The notes: a model not told the origin generated them from the sequence alone. Positions 27,544 to 36,915 are shown, counted from the stretch's first letter. The stretch is 64,000 nt of DNA from an uncultured virus (IMG/VR IMGVR_UViG_3300015375_000848) (IMGVR_UViG_3300015375_000848), one strand, 5' to 3'. A program made the numbers and translations.

Positions 27544-27849
27544 ATGTTTAGTGCTGGCGGATATTTTATGATTTTAGGGATATTGATGGGGCTTGCCTTC
27601 ATCGTGTCCTCTGTTTATTTTGTAAACAAGATATTCGTCAAGCAAACGAAAGATGTTTTAGTCAAGTTTGTCATATTGATTTTTACCGCACTTGTAGGAC
27701 TTTTTATTGTTGATAAAGTAGTAGCTTTTAAGATAAAATTATTACCCGATGACCAAAATGCCCAACTTTTTGACCTGATTAAAACATTGGTGTTAATGAT
27801 TTTTAGCTATTATTTTGGTACAAAAACAGCAGATAAAAAAACTGAATAA
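27544..27849 (+). CDS. Three-TM holin-like protein
   Basis: Three TM segments ending in IFSYYFG; upstream of the endolysin. Start at 27544 preferred over 27520. Confidence 0.55.
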   Translation: MFSAGGYFMILGILMGLAFIVSSVYFVNKIFVKQTKDVLVKFVILIFTALVGLFIVDKVVAFKIKLLPDDQNAQLFDLIKTLVLMIFSYYFGTKTADKKTE

Positions 27850-27851
27850 AT

Positions 27852-28067
27852 ATGGGAAACGGACTTTATAATTTTTTGGGCAGTCTTTTGGTTTTACTAT
27901 TGGCTATATTGATTTTTTTTACTTTGATGTCTTCCGAAATGCCAGATAAAAACAGAGAGCTGCTTATTGCTTTTATTTCTGTACTTTTTGGGGGAATGGC
28001 AGCTTCAATAAAAAATATTATTGGAGACAAGTCGGAAAATAAAGAAGAAACTAAAAACGAAGAATAA
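27852..28067 (+). CDS. Two-TM holin-like protein
   Basis: Two TMs and a charged tail. Confidence 0.5.
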   Translation: MGNGLYNFLGSLLVLLLAILIFFTLMSSEMPDKNRELLIAFISVLFGGMAASIKNIIGDKSENKEETKNEE

Positions 28068-28288
28068 TGAAAGAATTAATTACGGTGGCTGCAGCTTTTA
28101 TGATTGTCGTAGGGTTAGCACTCTTCATGTATATTGGTAATCAAACGCATACTAAAGCTGTACTAGAAAACAAAGACCTAAATGAAATAATTCAAAAAAA
28201 TCATGATGAGTTGAAGGCTGAAATAGAAGCTTTGAAAGCTCATGATTTAGAGGTAGATAGTATTTTTCACAAAAAAAATTACGATTAA
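28067..28288 (+). CDS. N-anchored small coiled-coil protein
   Basis: TM plus coiled coil, within the lysis cluster. Confidence 0.55.
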   Translation: MKELITVAAAFMIVVGLALFMYIGNQTHTKAVLENKDLNEIIQKNHDELKAEIEALKAHDLEVDSIFHKKNYD

Positions 28289-28289
28289 T

Positions 28290-28523
28290 ATGAAACAATT
28301 ATTTAGCTGGATGAAAGGCTTTGTTTCAAATAATGGCGAAGCTTCTAGTAAAAGACTTGTGGGAGTAATTTGTGCTGGTTTTTTATGCGGTGCCATGCTT
28401 CGTGAGTATAACCCAGCCGATTCGTTGGTATATTCCGTTAGTGCGTTAGCTTTCGGATGTTTAGGTTTAACAAGTGCAGAAAAAATATTTAAAAAAGATA
28501 AAAATGAAACTTCAGGCTCTTAA
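28290..28523 (+). CDS. Two-TM holin-like protein (SSKR motif)
   Basis: G..SSKRLVG..; adjacent to the endolysin. Confidence 0.55.
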   Translation: MKQLFSWMKGFVSNNGEASSKRLVGVICAGFLCGAMLREYNPADSLVYSVSALAFGCLGLTSAEKIFKKDKNETSGS

Positions 28524-29103
28524 TAATAAAATGCCAATTAGTGTATTAGCAGAGATAGATACACTAGTAGAAAAGTTCAATATTACCACTGGGCTAAGAT
28601 TATCTCATTTTTTAGCTCAATGTGCTCATGAAAGCGGGAACTTTAAGGTTTTAACAGAGAACTTAAACTATTCAGCTGAAGGTCTTTTAAAAATATTTCC
28701 AAAATATTTCAAAGACAAAGCTACTGCCGATGCATATGCAAGAAAGCCTGAAAAAATAGCTAATAGGGTTTATGCAAGCCGTATGGGTAATGGGGATGAA
28801 GCCTCTGGTGATGGGTTTAAATTTAGAGGTCGTGGCTTTATTCAGCTGACTGGAAAAAGCAACTATCAAAGTTTTTCTGATTTTATAAAAGAGGATTGTG
28901 TAGCTAACCCTGACTTGGTTTCTACTAAATATCCTCTCGCTTCAGCTGCATTCTTTTTTGAAAAAAATAAGCTGTGGGAAATTTGTGATAAAGGCGATAC
29001 TCCAGATATAGTTACAGCTGTTACTAGACGAGTAAATGGCGGAACACATGGTCTTGAAGATAGATTGAGTAAATTCAATACCTTTAATGCAATCTTAGCA
29101 TAA
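28504..29103 (+). CDS. GH19 (chitinase-like) endolysin
   Basis: FLAQCAHES, ENLNYS, YASRMGNG..GDG..FRGRG.IQLTGK.NY, TRRVNGG.HGL.DR. Confidence 0.95.
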   Translation: MKLQALNNKMPISVLAEIDTLVEKFNITTGLRLSHFLAQCAHESGNFKVLTENLNYSAEGLLKIFPKYFKDKATADAYARKPEKIANRVYASRMGNGDEASGDGFKFRGRGFIQLTGKSNYQSFSDFIKEDCVANPDLVSTKYPLASAAFFFEKNKLWEICDKGDTPDIVTAVTRRVNGGTHGLEDRLSKFNTFNAILA

Positions 29104-29113
29104 ACTAATTGAA

Positions 29114-29632
29114 ATGGCATACAAATTCAACATATCACAAGGGGAAGAAGTTCTCTTAAAAGTTGCAAGCATCGGAGCTGCAATTTTAGGTGTAGTGGCT
29201 GTCTATAGTTTTTATAAAAATAATATATGGCAGCCTAAAGTAGAAGTAGTAGATGTAGACTACGATAAAGGAGTTGCCAATTTAATTGTAAACGGTAAGC
29301 CTTTTACATTAAGAGGTGATTCTTCATATCTTATAGGATTTGACTGGGGTATTAAATTTGGTTATACCCCAAGAGGAACTGCTAGAAAAGCTGACCGAAT
29401 AGAGATTCTTAAGCGGGGAATGGTGCACAAAATCTTAAGAAAAGCTGACGAAAAGCACGAAGCTGGCTTTACTGGATTTGACGAAAGGACGTTTTGGAAC
29501 GATGCCTTTGAAGGCGGTAAAGGAGGCCTCACAGCAGTAGCTAGAAGCTTCACTGGAGATGAAAATGCTATTGTAAACGATGTCTGGGGTGTAAAATCTG
29601 GGGAAGGTTTTTCTTTATTCAAGGATAAATAA
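29114..29632 (+). CDS. N-anchored membrane protein with beta domain and FTG motifs
   Basis: TM near the N-terminus; GFTG and SFTG motifs. Confidence 0.7.
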   Translation: MAYKFNISQGEEVLLKVASIGAAILGVVAVYSFYKNNIWQPKVEVVDVDYDKGVANLIVNGKPFTLRGDSSYLIGFDWGIKFGYTPRGTARKADRIEILKRGMVHKILRKADEKHEAGFTGFDERTFWNDAFEGGKGGLTAVARSFTGDENAIVNDVWGVKSGEGFSLFKDK

Positions 29633-30018
29633 TGGTAAATACTATAAAAGATGCGGTTGTAAACAAAGGAGCTGGGGAAGCTGTCCTTTATGCTGGTCTT
29701 TTAGGTCTTCTTGTTTCCGATATAGTTCCTACTCCCGCAGATGCAGTTTATTTCCGCTTAATGGAAAAGAACAAGCAATTGCTAGAAAGCGGTAAAATAA
29801 CCCCTAGACAATACTGGACAAGGGATGCAGCTATGTATTATGGGTTAAACCCTTTATGGTGGCTACTAGTACTTGGAATCGTATTCAAAACCAAAGGGGG
29901 GTTAGATAATAAGATTAAATGGGGTATTGGAGTAGTAAGTGCTGGGGCTGTAATCGGTGTTATTTCAAAGAATATCAAAGAGGAAGAGAGGTTTTTGAAA
30001 GACAAAAAAAATTTTTGA
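29632..30018 (+). CDS. Multi-pass membrane protein
   Basis: Three hydrophobic segments; DIVPTPADA.YF motif. Confidence 0.7.
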   Translation: MVNTIKDAVVNKGAGEAVLYAGLLGLLVSDIVPTPADAVYFRLMEKNKQLLESGKITPRQYWTRDAAMYYGLNPLWWLLVLGIVFKTKGGLDNKIKWGIGVVSAGAVIGVISKNIKEEERFLKDKKNF

Positions 30019-30077
30019 ATACAAAAACGAATTCGTAATTTTATCTACGAAATCAACTTTAACTTAAAACTAAAAAA

Positions 30078-30191
30078 ATGGGAGATAAAAAAAATTTGGT
30101 ACCCGCTTTAGTAGGCTTCGCAGTAAGTCTTGTTGGTATCTACATTATTGTTCGTGTAGCTTCAGGCGCATGGGCAGCTGGTCAAAAATAA
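30078..30191 (+). CDS. 37-aa membrane microprotein (MGDKKNLVPALVGFAVSLVGIYIIVRVASGAWAAGQK)
   Basis: Manual translation; A-rich leader; paralogous to the next ORF. Confidence 0.8.
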   Translation: MGDKKNLVPALVGFAVSLVGIYIIVRVASGAWAAGQK

Positions 30192-30216
30192 TTTTTCAAT
30201 TTTAAAATTTAATACA

Positions 30217-30318
30217 ATGCAAAACGGTGGTAAACTTTTAGGATGGGCTTTAGGTCTTGCAGCTCTTGGTGTAACTGTATATGTTATCTCTAAGACTTGG
30301 AAAGCTGGTCAAAAGTAA
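30217..30318 (+). CDS. 33-aa membrane microprotein (MQNGGKLLGWALGLAALGVTVYVISKTWKAGQK)
   Basis: Manual translation; shares the W.AGQK end with 30078. Confidence 0.8.
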   Translation: MQNGGKLLGWALGLAALGVTVYVISKTWKAGQK

Positions 30319-30330
30319 AAATAAAAATTA

Positions 30331-30450
30331 ATGGCAAAAAGCACAAAGAAGGTGAGCGTTTCTGATATTGCAAAACTTGCAAAAAAAATCAGGAAGCCCA
30401 ATGAAAAGTGGACAGATGCAATTAAACGTGCAGCTGCTCAATTAAAATAA
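30331..30450 (+). CDS. 39-aa basic protein (AKKIRKPNEKWTDAIKRA), possible DNA-binding core protein
   Basis: Manual translation; Lys-rich helical hairpin. Confidence 0.65.
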   Translation: MAKSTKKVSVSDIAKLAKKIRKPNEKWTDAIKRAAAQLK

Positions 30451-30454
30451 GAGT

Positions 30455-31159
30455 ATGGCTAAAGAGAGTGTAATCGTCTTTGCGGGCGAAGATAAATTTA
30501 TTGCCAAAAAACAAAGAGAATTCAACAAATCAACTGGATTTTCTAATTTTGTTGGGGCAAATGGACAAGCTTCCGATACGCAAGAAATTACACCTAATCC
30601 TTTAACACCTCCTGATAAAGTTCCAATTCCAAACTATTCGGATGCTGACTTTTGCGAAAAAGCGCAACGATTTATTAGTACAAATGGAAATGGAACGGCA
30701 ACTCCAGACGAGGTTATGTCAGTGTACAATGCTTTTCAAGCAAACTGTCAAAGACCTACACCTGACGTACTGCCCTCTCTTTTGACCACAGATTGGGAAA
30801 GCCTTTCTTGTGATGATATTGCCTCAAAAGTTAAAGAGCTAGAAGACCTCCTAGTTACTTCAAGAATGCCCCAAGAAGAAAGGGTAAGATATGAAGCTGC
30901 AATTCAAAGGGGTCGAATGGTTCAAGCAGAGAAATGTGGTATCACTCCGCCAGTTTTACCTGATATTCCCCCTACTCCTACGCCAAATCCTCCTCAAACT
31001 GGGGTTGTTTTATCGGGTTTAGGGGTTCCACCAGTTAGAGGTGGGGGTGCTGGAGGTGGTGGAGAGAAAAAGCCAGAGCCCAAAAAAACAACTAATTGGC
31101 TGCTTTGGATTATTCTTGGAGGAACAGCCCTTTACTTATTAACCCGAAAAAGAAATTAA
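30455..31159 (+). CDS. C-terminally membrane-anchored virion protein
   Basis: Two Cys-paired helical units, Pro-rich linker, C-terminal TM followed by RKRN. Confidence 0.75.
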   Translation: MAKESVIVFAGEDKFIAKKQREFNKSTGFSNFVGANGQASDTQEITPNPLTPPDKVPIPNYSDADFCEKAQRFISTNGNGTATPDEVMSVYNAFQANCQRPTPDVLPSLLTTDWESLSCDDIASKVKELEDLLVTSRMPQEERVRYEAAIQRGRMVQAEKCGITPPVLPDIPPTPTPNPPQTGVVLSGLGVPPVRGGGAGGGGEKKPEPKKTTNWLLWIILGGTALYLLTRKRN

Positions 31160-31160
31160 A

Positions 31161-31601
31161 ATGGCAGCAGCAGCACAAGCTACGGCAGCAGTGCCAGAAG
31201 CAGCAGCAGCGGGAGCACAAGTAGCACCAGCAGCAGCTGCAGCACCAGCACCAGCAGCACCAAGCCCTCAATATACACCGCCACCTAGCACAATGCCTAG
31301 TATGGCTGAAGGAGGAGACGTTGGCGGAGCTGCACCTAGAAAAAACCCTTTCAAGGACTTTTTTTCTGATATCAACGTTGTTGACGTTGCTATTTCTGCA
31401 TTTATTGTTGGGGCAGTCATTTATTCTATTCAATATCATAAGTTTATGATAATGATGGAGAAAACTGGCTATGCTGATTTGTCTACCCGTATTAATAGAG
31501 TAGAAAACGATATTGCGGTAGCAAAAAGAAAAGCAGCAACTGAAGCAAACGCATCTGGGAACATGAGAATGCGAAGGAAGCGAGCTTTAGTTACGTTATA
31601 A
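31161..31601 (+). CDS. Ala/Pro-rich single-TM protein with MAEGG motif
   Basis: A/P-rich N-terminus, MAEGG, TM, coiled coil. Confidence 0.7.
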   Translation: MAAAAQATAAVPEAAAAGAQVAPAAAAAPAPAAPSPQYTPPPSTMPSMAEGGDVGGAAPRKNPFKDFFSDINVVDVAISAFIVGAVIYSIQYHKFMIMMEKTGYADLSTRINRVENDIAVAKRKAATEANASGNMRMRRKRALVTL

Positions 31602-31615
31602 AAAAACCATAAAAT

Positions 31616-32260
31616 ATGTTAGACACAATCACTTGGGGTAATCCAACCCAAAAGCATTTGCCGTTTTTAGAGCCAGACAAATCACCCTTAGAAAAATTAA
31701 TTCCGCAGCTAGTTAAGTTTACCTTCCCTAAAAATTCTTCTAAAGCATGTCGGGAAGAGCTAAATGAGCTTGTAGATTGCGTAGATGCTCTTAAGAAGGA
31801 TGAGCAAGCCTTAAAACGTTACATGGCTTATGATAGGAGTCTAACACAAGTGATGGCTCAAGTCATAATTGAACAGAATCTAGGGGATAAAGGGGCTGAA
31901 ATAGTTGATAAAATAATTGATGAAACGGTTCCTTTAATAATGAAGCTAAAATTTTACTTCCAAAGACCTAGACCATATCAAATGGCGGAGTATTATAAGC
32001 TTAAACTTTTCCCTTTTTATTCTAGGTCAGCAGCATCTCCCTCTTATCCATCTGGTCATGCTCTTCAAGCGAAAGTGATTTGCCACGTTTTAGGCAATCA
32101 TTTCCCCGACAGATTTGAATATTTTGAAAGTTTAGCCACTGATGTTCAGCATAGTAGAATATATCTAGGGGTGCATTATCCTTCAGATATTGACTATTCT
32201 CTTTTCGTTGCTGAAACAATAATCCGTGACAAGGAATTCAAGGCTAAATTCTCTTTATAG
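31616..32260 (+). CDS. PAP2/haloperoxidase-family phosphatase
   Basis: KxxxxRPRP, PSYPSGH, SRxxxGVHYPSD. Confidence 0.9.
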   Translation: MLDTITWGNPTQKHLPFLEPDKSPLEKLIPQLVKFTFPKNSSKACREELNELVDCVDALKKDEQALKRYMAYDRSLTQVMAQVIIEQNLGDKGAEIVDKIIDETVPLIMKLKFYFQRPRPYQMAEYYKLKLFPFYSRSAASPSYPSGHALQAKVICHVLGNHFPDRFEYFESLATDVQHSRIYLGVHYPSDIDYSLFVAETIIRDKEFKAKFSL

Positions 32261-32661
32261 TGCAGATTTTTTTAAGAAATGGCAAAGCCACTTGGAAACA
32301 AGATTGGGCTGAAATTGGCGGTAAGCGTAATTTTTACAGAAGCCGTTGGGAGTATAGGTATGCTTTATATCTTGAATTCATGAAAAAGTATGGTCATATT
32401 CAAGATTGGGAACATGAGCCCGTTACATTTTGGTTTGAAGGAATTAAACGGGGTACTAACAACTACAAGCCTGATTTTATGGTCACTTTCCCATCAAGTA
32501 AAATTGAGTTTTTTGAGGTTAAAGGGTATATGGATGCAAAAAGCAAGACTAAGATTAAACGTATGGCAAAGTATCATCCACAAATAGTTTTAAGAATTAT
32601 TGATAAAACATGGTTTAAGGATAACGCTGCAAAACTTAAAAAAATAATACCAAATTGGTGA
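32260..32661 (+). CDS. PD-(D/E)XK nuclease (DUF1064-like)
   Basis: RSRWE, YKPDF, EVKG. Confidence 0.85.
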   Translation: MQIFLRNGKATWKQDWAEIGGKRNFYRSRWEYRYALYLEFMKKYGHIQDWEHEPVTFWFEGIKRGTNNYKPDFMVTFPSSKIEFFEVKGYMDAKSKTKIKRMAKYHPQIVLRIIDKTWFKDNAAKLKKIIPNW

Positions 32662-32686
32662 ATTTCAACAGATTTCAATATATTTG
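32654..32686 (+). promoter_or_regulatory. Bacteroidota promoter ATTG-N21-TATATTTG
   Basis: Perfect TAnnTTTG at 32679-32686. Confidence 0.55.
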
Positions 32687-32705
32687 GTATGTTAAACTTT
32701 AGTAA

Positions 32706-33146
32706 ATGCAGAACGAATCTTCAGCAATTATTCAAATACTTGAAGACTTAAATAAAAGTATAGAAGTCAGAGGTTTGAAAGCTACCTCCATGTTATTAAG
32801 ATTATATGACCCTAAAGATTTAGATACTAGTTTGGGTGAATATGAAAAATTCGTGATTAGTGAAGTGGCAAAAGCTTTTAATGTCGAATTTGAAGATTTA
32901 TTTTTTGGTCGCTATAAAAGAGCTAGTTATAAATATGCAATAGGTTTATGTGTTTATTACTTATATAATGTTAGAACGCTCGGTGACATACAAAAAAAGA
33001 TTTTTAAATATAAAAACAAGTCGTTGTTAAGTAAATATAGAAGAGAAATCATGAATTTTACCCCTATAGACGAAGAGGACAAAAAATTTATGAAAATTAA
33101 AAAAGACTTAGATAAAAAGATTAAAACGTATAAAATTGAAATTTAA
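32706..33146 (+). CDS. Putative DNA-binding protein (DnaA C-terminal-like HTH)
   Basis: VA..FNV...DL...R......A.....YL.....L..I pattern; weak match. Confidence 0.45.
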   Translation: MQNESSAIIQILEDLNKSIEVRGLKATSMLLRLYDPKDLDTSLGEYEKFVISEVAKAFNVEFEDLFFGRYKRASYKYAIGLCVYYLYNVRTLGDIQKKIFKYKNKSLLSKYRREIMNFTPIDEEDKKFMKIKKDLDKKIKTYKIEI

Positions 33147-34282
33147 TGAGCACTCAAGAAAATAACCAACAAGAGCAGCAACAGCAATCGCCCGCTAATC
33201 AACAACGTACTTATAATCCGTTTATTGATGTAGTAAATGAAAAGCCGTATACAACTATGTCTGTATCGGCAAATGCTGCTCAAGTAGCTTCTCCAATTCC
33301 AGAACCGAGCTATCAGCCAAATGCAATTAGGGCAAATGAAAACCCTTATAGCATGTTAAACGAAGGCATGGGTGGTGGTATGGGAGCAAGTTCTTCGGGA
33401 GCACCCCCTCCACTAAATCCCGCTCTTAACAACGTGCCAGAATCAGAGCTTAAGATGGGTGCAGAAAATGTAGCTAAACTGTTAGTTGATGGCTATGAAC
33501 AGATGCACGTTTTTGGAAACAAATGGCTACAGATTTCTCAAAGAAAATTGAGAAAAATGGTTGCTGAAGGTGAAATAGACTTATCCGTTCAAATTCCATA
33601 TGATTACGGTAAAACTATTTCGGCTGGTGAATTTATTGAGGAATTCAATGAGCAAAATAAAGATACCTTAACAGTATCAAAAGAGTTTAAAAAAGAGGTT
33701 ACTCCAGTATTAACTAGAGTATTGCAGAAGCGAGGTGCTGCTATGACTGATGAGCAGTATTTAGGATTTTTGATTATTAAAGATGTAGGACTCAAAGCTA
33801 TCATTGTAACACAAGTAAAGAACTCTATGAATGAAATGCTTAATGTAATTAAAGATTACACCTTAGCATTGAGAGAAAGCGGAGCCTCCGCACCACCTAC
33901 ACCCCCAACATCAGCCCCTAAAGCTCCCAAGCCAACGATGCCTTCAGAACCAAAATTTACCGAACCTGACCATAGTTCAGAAAGGTTCAATTTTGAAGAT
34001 AATGAAGCAGTTATGGCTGCAACTGTTCAAGCACATAAAGTTCCAGATTCAGGAAGAGCTAAAGCAATAGCTGCCAGAAAAAAAGATGAGCAAATGAAAT
34101 CTGCTTTTGAAAAAACACAAGGTGGTAATTCATACGAGCAAGCCATGAAGAGTAAAAAGACGGGTAAGCGTGGAAGAAAGCCAAAAGATTACCTACAAAT
34201 GGATGAGGAGCAAATTGCAGAGGCAATAGTATTAAGAGAAACAAAAGAGGTTGATAAGGATAAAATTCAAGGACTAGATTAA
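33146..34282 (+). CDS. Hypothetical protein upstream of the packaging ATPase
   Basis: Long ORF; low-complexity ends and an AT-hook-like KRGRKPK. Confidence 0.75.
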   Translation: MSTQENNQQEQQQQSPANQQRTYNPFIDVVNEKPYTTMSVSANAAQVASPIPEPSYQPNAIRANENPYSMLNEGMGGGMGASSSGAPPPLNPALNNVPESELKMGAENVAKLLVDGYEQMHVFGNKWLQISQRKLRKMVAEGEIDLSVQIPYDYGKTISAGEFIEEFNEQNKDTLTVSKEFKKEVTPVLTRVLQKRGAAMTDEQYLGFLIIKDVGLKAIIVTQVKNSMNEMLNVIKDYTLALRESGASAPPTPPTSAPKAPKPTMPSEPKFTEPDHSSERFNFEDNEAVMAATVQAHKVPDSGRAKAIAARKKDEQMKSAFEKTQGGNSYEQAMKSKKTGKRGRKPKDYLQMDEEQIAEAIVLRETKEVDKDKIQGLD

Positions 34283-34291
34283 ATTTATTTT

Positions 34292-34702
34292 ATGTTAAAA
34301 CAATTAGAAGAAATACATGAGTATTTGAAGACTAATTACAGATTTGGTGATGAATTATGTGAAATTTCAGAGCCTAACGAGTGGGAAGACAAACCCTATG
34401 TAGCTTGCGATGAAAAAATAATTAATTACCAAGATGGATTTTATCATGTATCGGATTTGTATAACATCCATAAAACTCTTCGTTTTAAAACAAAAGAAGA
34501 AGTTTTGCAGTTTTTTGATGGGCATAGTGAAGGATATCAATTTTATTTTGATAATCCGCAAGATGCAGCTTTTGCAATTGGAAAGCTAACTACAATAATT
34601 GATTTAATGGCTCATAAAGAGACGCAAGACGCTTTTAATAATGCTATTTCTCCACTTCAGAAAACTTACAAGTTAAGTAATGCCCATGAAGATAAAGAAT
34701 AA
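34292..34702 (+). CDS. Hypothetical protein
   Basis: ORF track. Confidence 0.65.
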   Translation: MLKQLEEIHEYLKTNYRFGDELCEISEPNEWEDKPYVACDEKIINYQDGFYHVSDLYNIHKTLRFKTKEEVLQFFDGHSEGYQFYFDNPQDAAFAIGKLTTIIDLMAHKETQDAFNNAISPLQKTYKLSNAHEDKE

Positions 34703-35012
34703 GGAGTGGATTGCTTTTAAAGAGCAGTTCTTAAATATGCTTTCTGTTTTAGGAGACGAAACGGATAATTTTATGTTTCCTGAAGAACCTGAAAACTTTG
34801 AAATATTTGTACACGAATGTGAAGTGCATCCAACTTTCATGAAAAAACAAGATTCTTTTAAAGTTGATTACGATTTTACATTATGTGAAACAAAAATTAG
34901 AACTTTATCCTTTTCTATATTTCGTGACTCTGCAAGAATTGAAATGACTTTAAAAACTGGAGAATTAAAAATTGACGAAGGAAAAGTAACATGGCAAGAG
35001 AACCCTTATTGA
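34680..35012 (+). CDS. Hypothetical protein
   Basis: ORF track. Confidence 0.6.
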   Translation: MPMKIKNKEWIAFKEQFLNMLSVLGDETDNFMFPEEPENFEIFVHECEVHPTFMKKQDSFKVDYDFTLCETKIRTLSFSIFRDSARIEMTLKTGELKIDEGKVTWQENPY

Positions 35013-35809
35013 TGGCTGCCTGCGGTAAGAAAGGTGTAGGAAAAAGCTATCAACATATGATTTTAATGAATGGATACGTAATGGGTGACCCCTATAAAGG
35101 TGTGAAGGGTAGAAAGTCTCTTATCATGGATGTAAATGATGAGTATGGGGTATATGGAGTACCCGCTTTATCATTGAATGACGTTCCTCTTTACACTGTT
35201 CACCCCCAAGTAGAAATTAGAAGAATTAGACCTTTTCACCCCGATGGTAGAAGAATGACTCTTGATGAGTGGGCTAATGCTCTTTTTTACGTTCTAAATC
35301 GGTTCCAGAACGGTCTTTTGCTAATTGAGGATATAAATAAGTTTATTGGTGACCACTTGCCACATGATTTAGTTGGTGCGATTGCTACAAATCGTCATGC
35401 TGGCTTAGATATTGTCCTTTCCTATCAATCTTTAGGTAGGATTAACACTAAGATTTGGGGTAATATGAATCTTATGAGATTTCACAAGAACGTGGAAAGT
35501 GTTGAACGTCATAAAAATAAGTTTCCTGACAAATATGAGATGATGCGCATAGCAGAAATAATAGTTAACAATGAATATCACAAAGGAAATAATCGTTTCT
35601 TCTTATATGTAGATATGGACGAAGAGAAAATAAGAGGCGAAATAAACCAAGACCAAATATTATCTGGTATTGAACAATACGTCAATGAAAAACACAATGA
35701 ACTACTTAAATCATATCTAGTTCAGCGTGAGAATGGTAAAAAGAAGCATAACTCCGAAACTGCTAAAGCAGAGGTAATTAGCCGTTTACAAGTACAATAC
35801 TTCCAATAA
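34991..35809 (+). CDS. FtsK/HerA-superfamily genome packaging ATPase (A32/P9-like)
   Basis: N-terminal Walker A GKKGVGKS, Walker B LLLIED, RH-xxxx-hhhh-xQ (RHAGLDIVLSYQ); small standalone size; next to the candidate capsid gene. Confidence 0.8.
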   Translation: MAREPLLMAACGKKGVGKSYQHMILMNGYVMGDPYKGVKGRKSLIMDVNDEYGVYGVPALSLNDVPLYTVHPQVEIRRIRPFHPDGRRMTLDEWANALFYVLNRFQNGLLLIEDINKFIGDHLPHDLVGAIATNRHAGLDIVLSYQSLGRINTKIWGNMNLMRFHKNVESVERHKNKFPDKYEMMRIAEIIVNNEYHKGNNRFFLYVDMDEEKIRGEINQDQILSGIEQYVNEKHNELLKSYLVQRENGKKKHNSETAKAEVISRLQVQYFQ

Positions 35810-35830
35810 TTTTTCTGACCTATACCCTAA

Positions 35831-35865
35831 AACGCCCCTTTCATTCTTGTTAGGGGCTTTTTTAT
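35831..35865 (+). terminator. Rho-independent terminator
   Basis: GCCCCT...AGGGGC stem followed by TTTTTT. Confidence 0.7.
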
Positions 35866-36024
35866 TGAAAATTATACACAAATTCAACATATAAGTAGGT
35901 GTAGAACAAAGTCAAAAGATTTTCTTGAAAAAGTATGCATCGTATTGAAAACGAATACTAAATTTACAATGCCTTGATTCTGTAATCGGGCAAAACAAAA
36001 TTTTTAACTCAAAATTCGTTCAAA

Positions 36025-36132
36025 ATGAACTTTAAGAAAATTGTTGGAGATGTTTTAGTAGTTACTGCTGGAGTTGCTCTTTACATGTTGGCTGTAAAGC
36101 CTATGCTTGACAGAGCTAAAGTTGGTAGCTAA
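36025..36132 (+). CDS. 35-aa membrane microprotein co-transcribed with the candidate capsid gene (MNFKKIVGDVLVVTAGVALYMLAVKPMLDRAKVGS)
   Basis: Manual translation; single TM; lies inside the terminator-bounded unit. Confidence 0.75.
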   Translation: MNFKKIVGDVLVVTAGVALYMLAVKPMLDRAKVGS

Positions 36133-36192
36133 TTAGAAGACAATCGAATTGGTTTTGTAATCAAATTCAATTAAAATTAAAAATTCAGTAAA

Positions 36193-36897
36193 ATGAGTTC
36201 AATCCAACGCTATCTTCAAATGGCGAATCGTTCTGTGAACGAACAGTTTGTCGGTGTTGACGGCTTTATTGACGATGATATGTATTTTGCTGGTGATATG
36301 AATAACTGGTTTGCTGCTGAAGGCGAAGGTGCTGCTGCACCCGTTGCTGCTCCATCAGTTATGCGTTCACAGCCTTACATTATTACCGTTTCTAACGCTT
36401 CTAACGCTGCGGTTACTATTGATGTTTTCGGTGCTTACATTTATTTGAACAATGCTGGTTTCACAGCTGGTTCTTTGACTGTTAGTAACGTAACAATCAC
36501 TTCTAACCTCTCTAACGTTACCTATTACAATCTTTTGAACCAGTCAAGCATCAGCCCTTTCACAATCGGAAGCACGCTGATTAGCTCTGTAAATGGTACA
36601 ACAAGCCAAGTGCTTCAGCCAATTACATTGACTACTCAAGATGCAAACGGTAACCAAGCGGTTAAAATCTTAACACCAGTTGTTGACCCATATCAGAACC
36701 AGTCTGGTATCGTTGACCTGAAGCAACCATTCAGAATTGACGGCTTCACAAAGCTGACATTCTCTATTTTTGCTTCTACCAGCGTTCAGTTCCAGTTCTA
36801 TCCTTCTGATACAATCAACGTTGCTCGTGGATTGGGTGGTAACCCAGTTAGCAAGCAATATGGTAGTCCAAAGATTATCAGACCAGCTGCACGCTAA
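36193..36897 (+). CDS. Candidate major capsid protein (jelly-roll, beta-rich) with acidic N-terminal leader
   Basis: About 175-aa alternating beta-strand domain, Cys-free; GCT/TCT/AAC-rich codons suggest high expression; flanked by terminators; adjacent to the A32-like ATPase. The fold is inferred. Confidence 0.6.
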   Translation: MSSIQRYLQMANRSVNEQFVGVDGFIDDDMYFAGDMNNWFAAEGEGAAAPVAAPSVMRSQPYIITVSNASNAAVTIDVFGAYIYLNNAGFTAGSLTVSNVTITSNLSNVTYYNLLNQSSISPFTIGSTLISSVNGTTSQVLQPITLTTQDANGNQAVKILTPVVDPYQNQSGIVDLKQPFRIDGFTKLTFSIFASTSVQFQFYPSDTINVARGLGGNPVSKQYGSPKIIRPAAR

Positions 36898-36915
36898 TAT
36901 CAGCGGTAAAATAAT

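Noticed and set aside
34991..35809. Terminase large subunit
   Set aside because: It is too short, Walker A is at the extreme N-terminus, there is no nuclease domain, and it carries an FtsK/HerA-type RH...Q motif.
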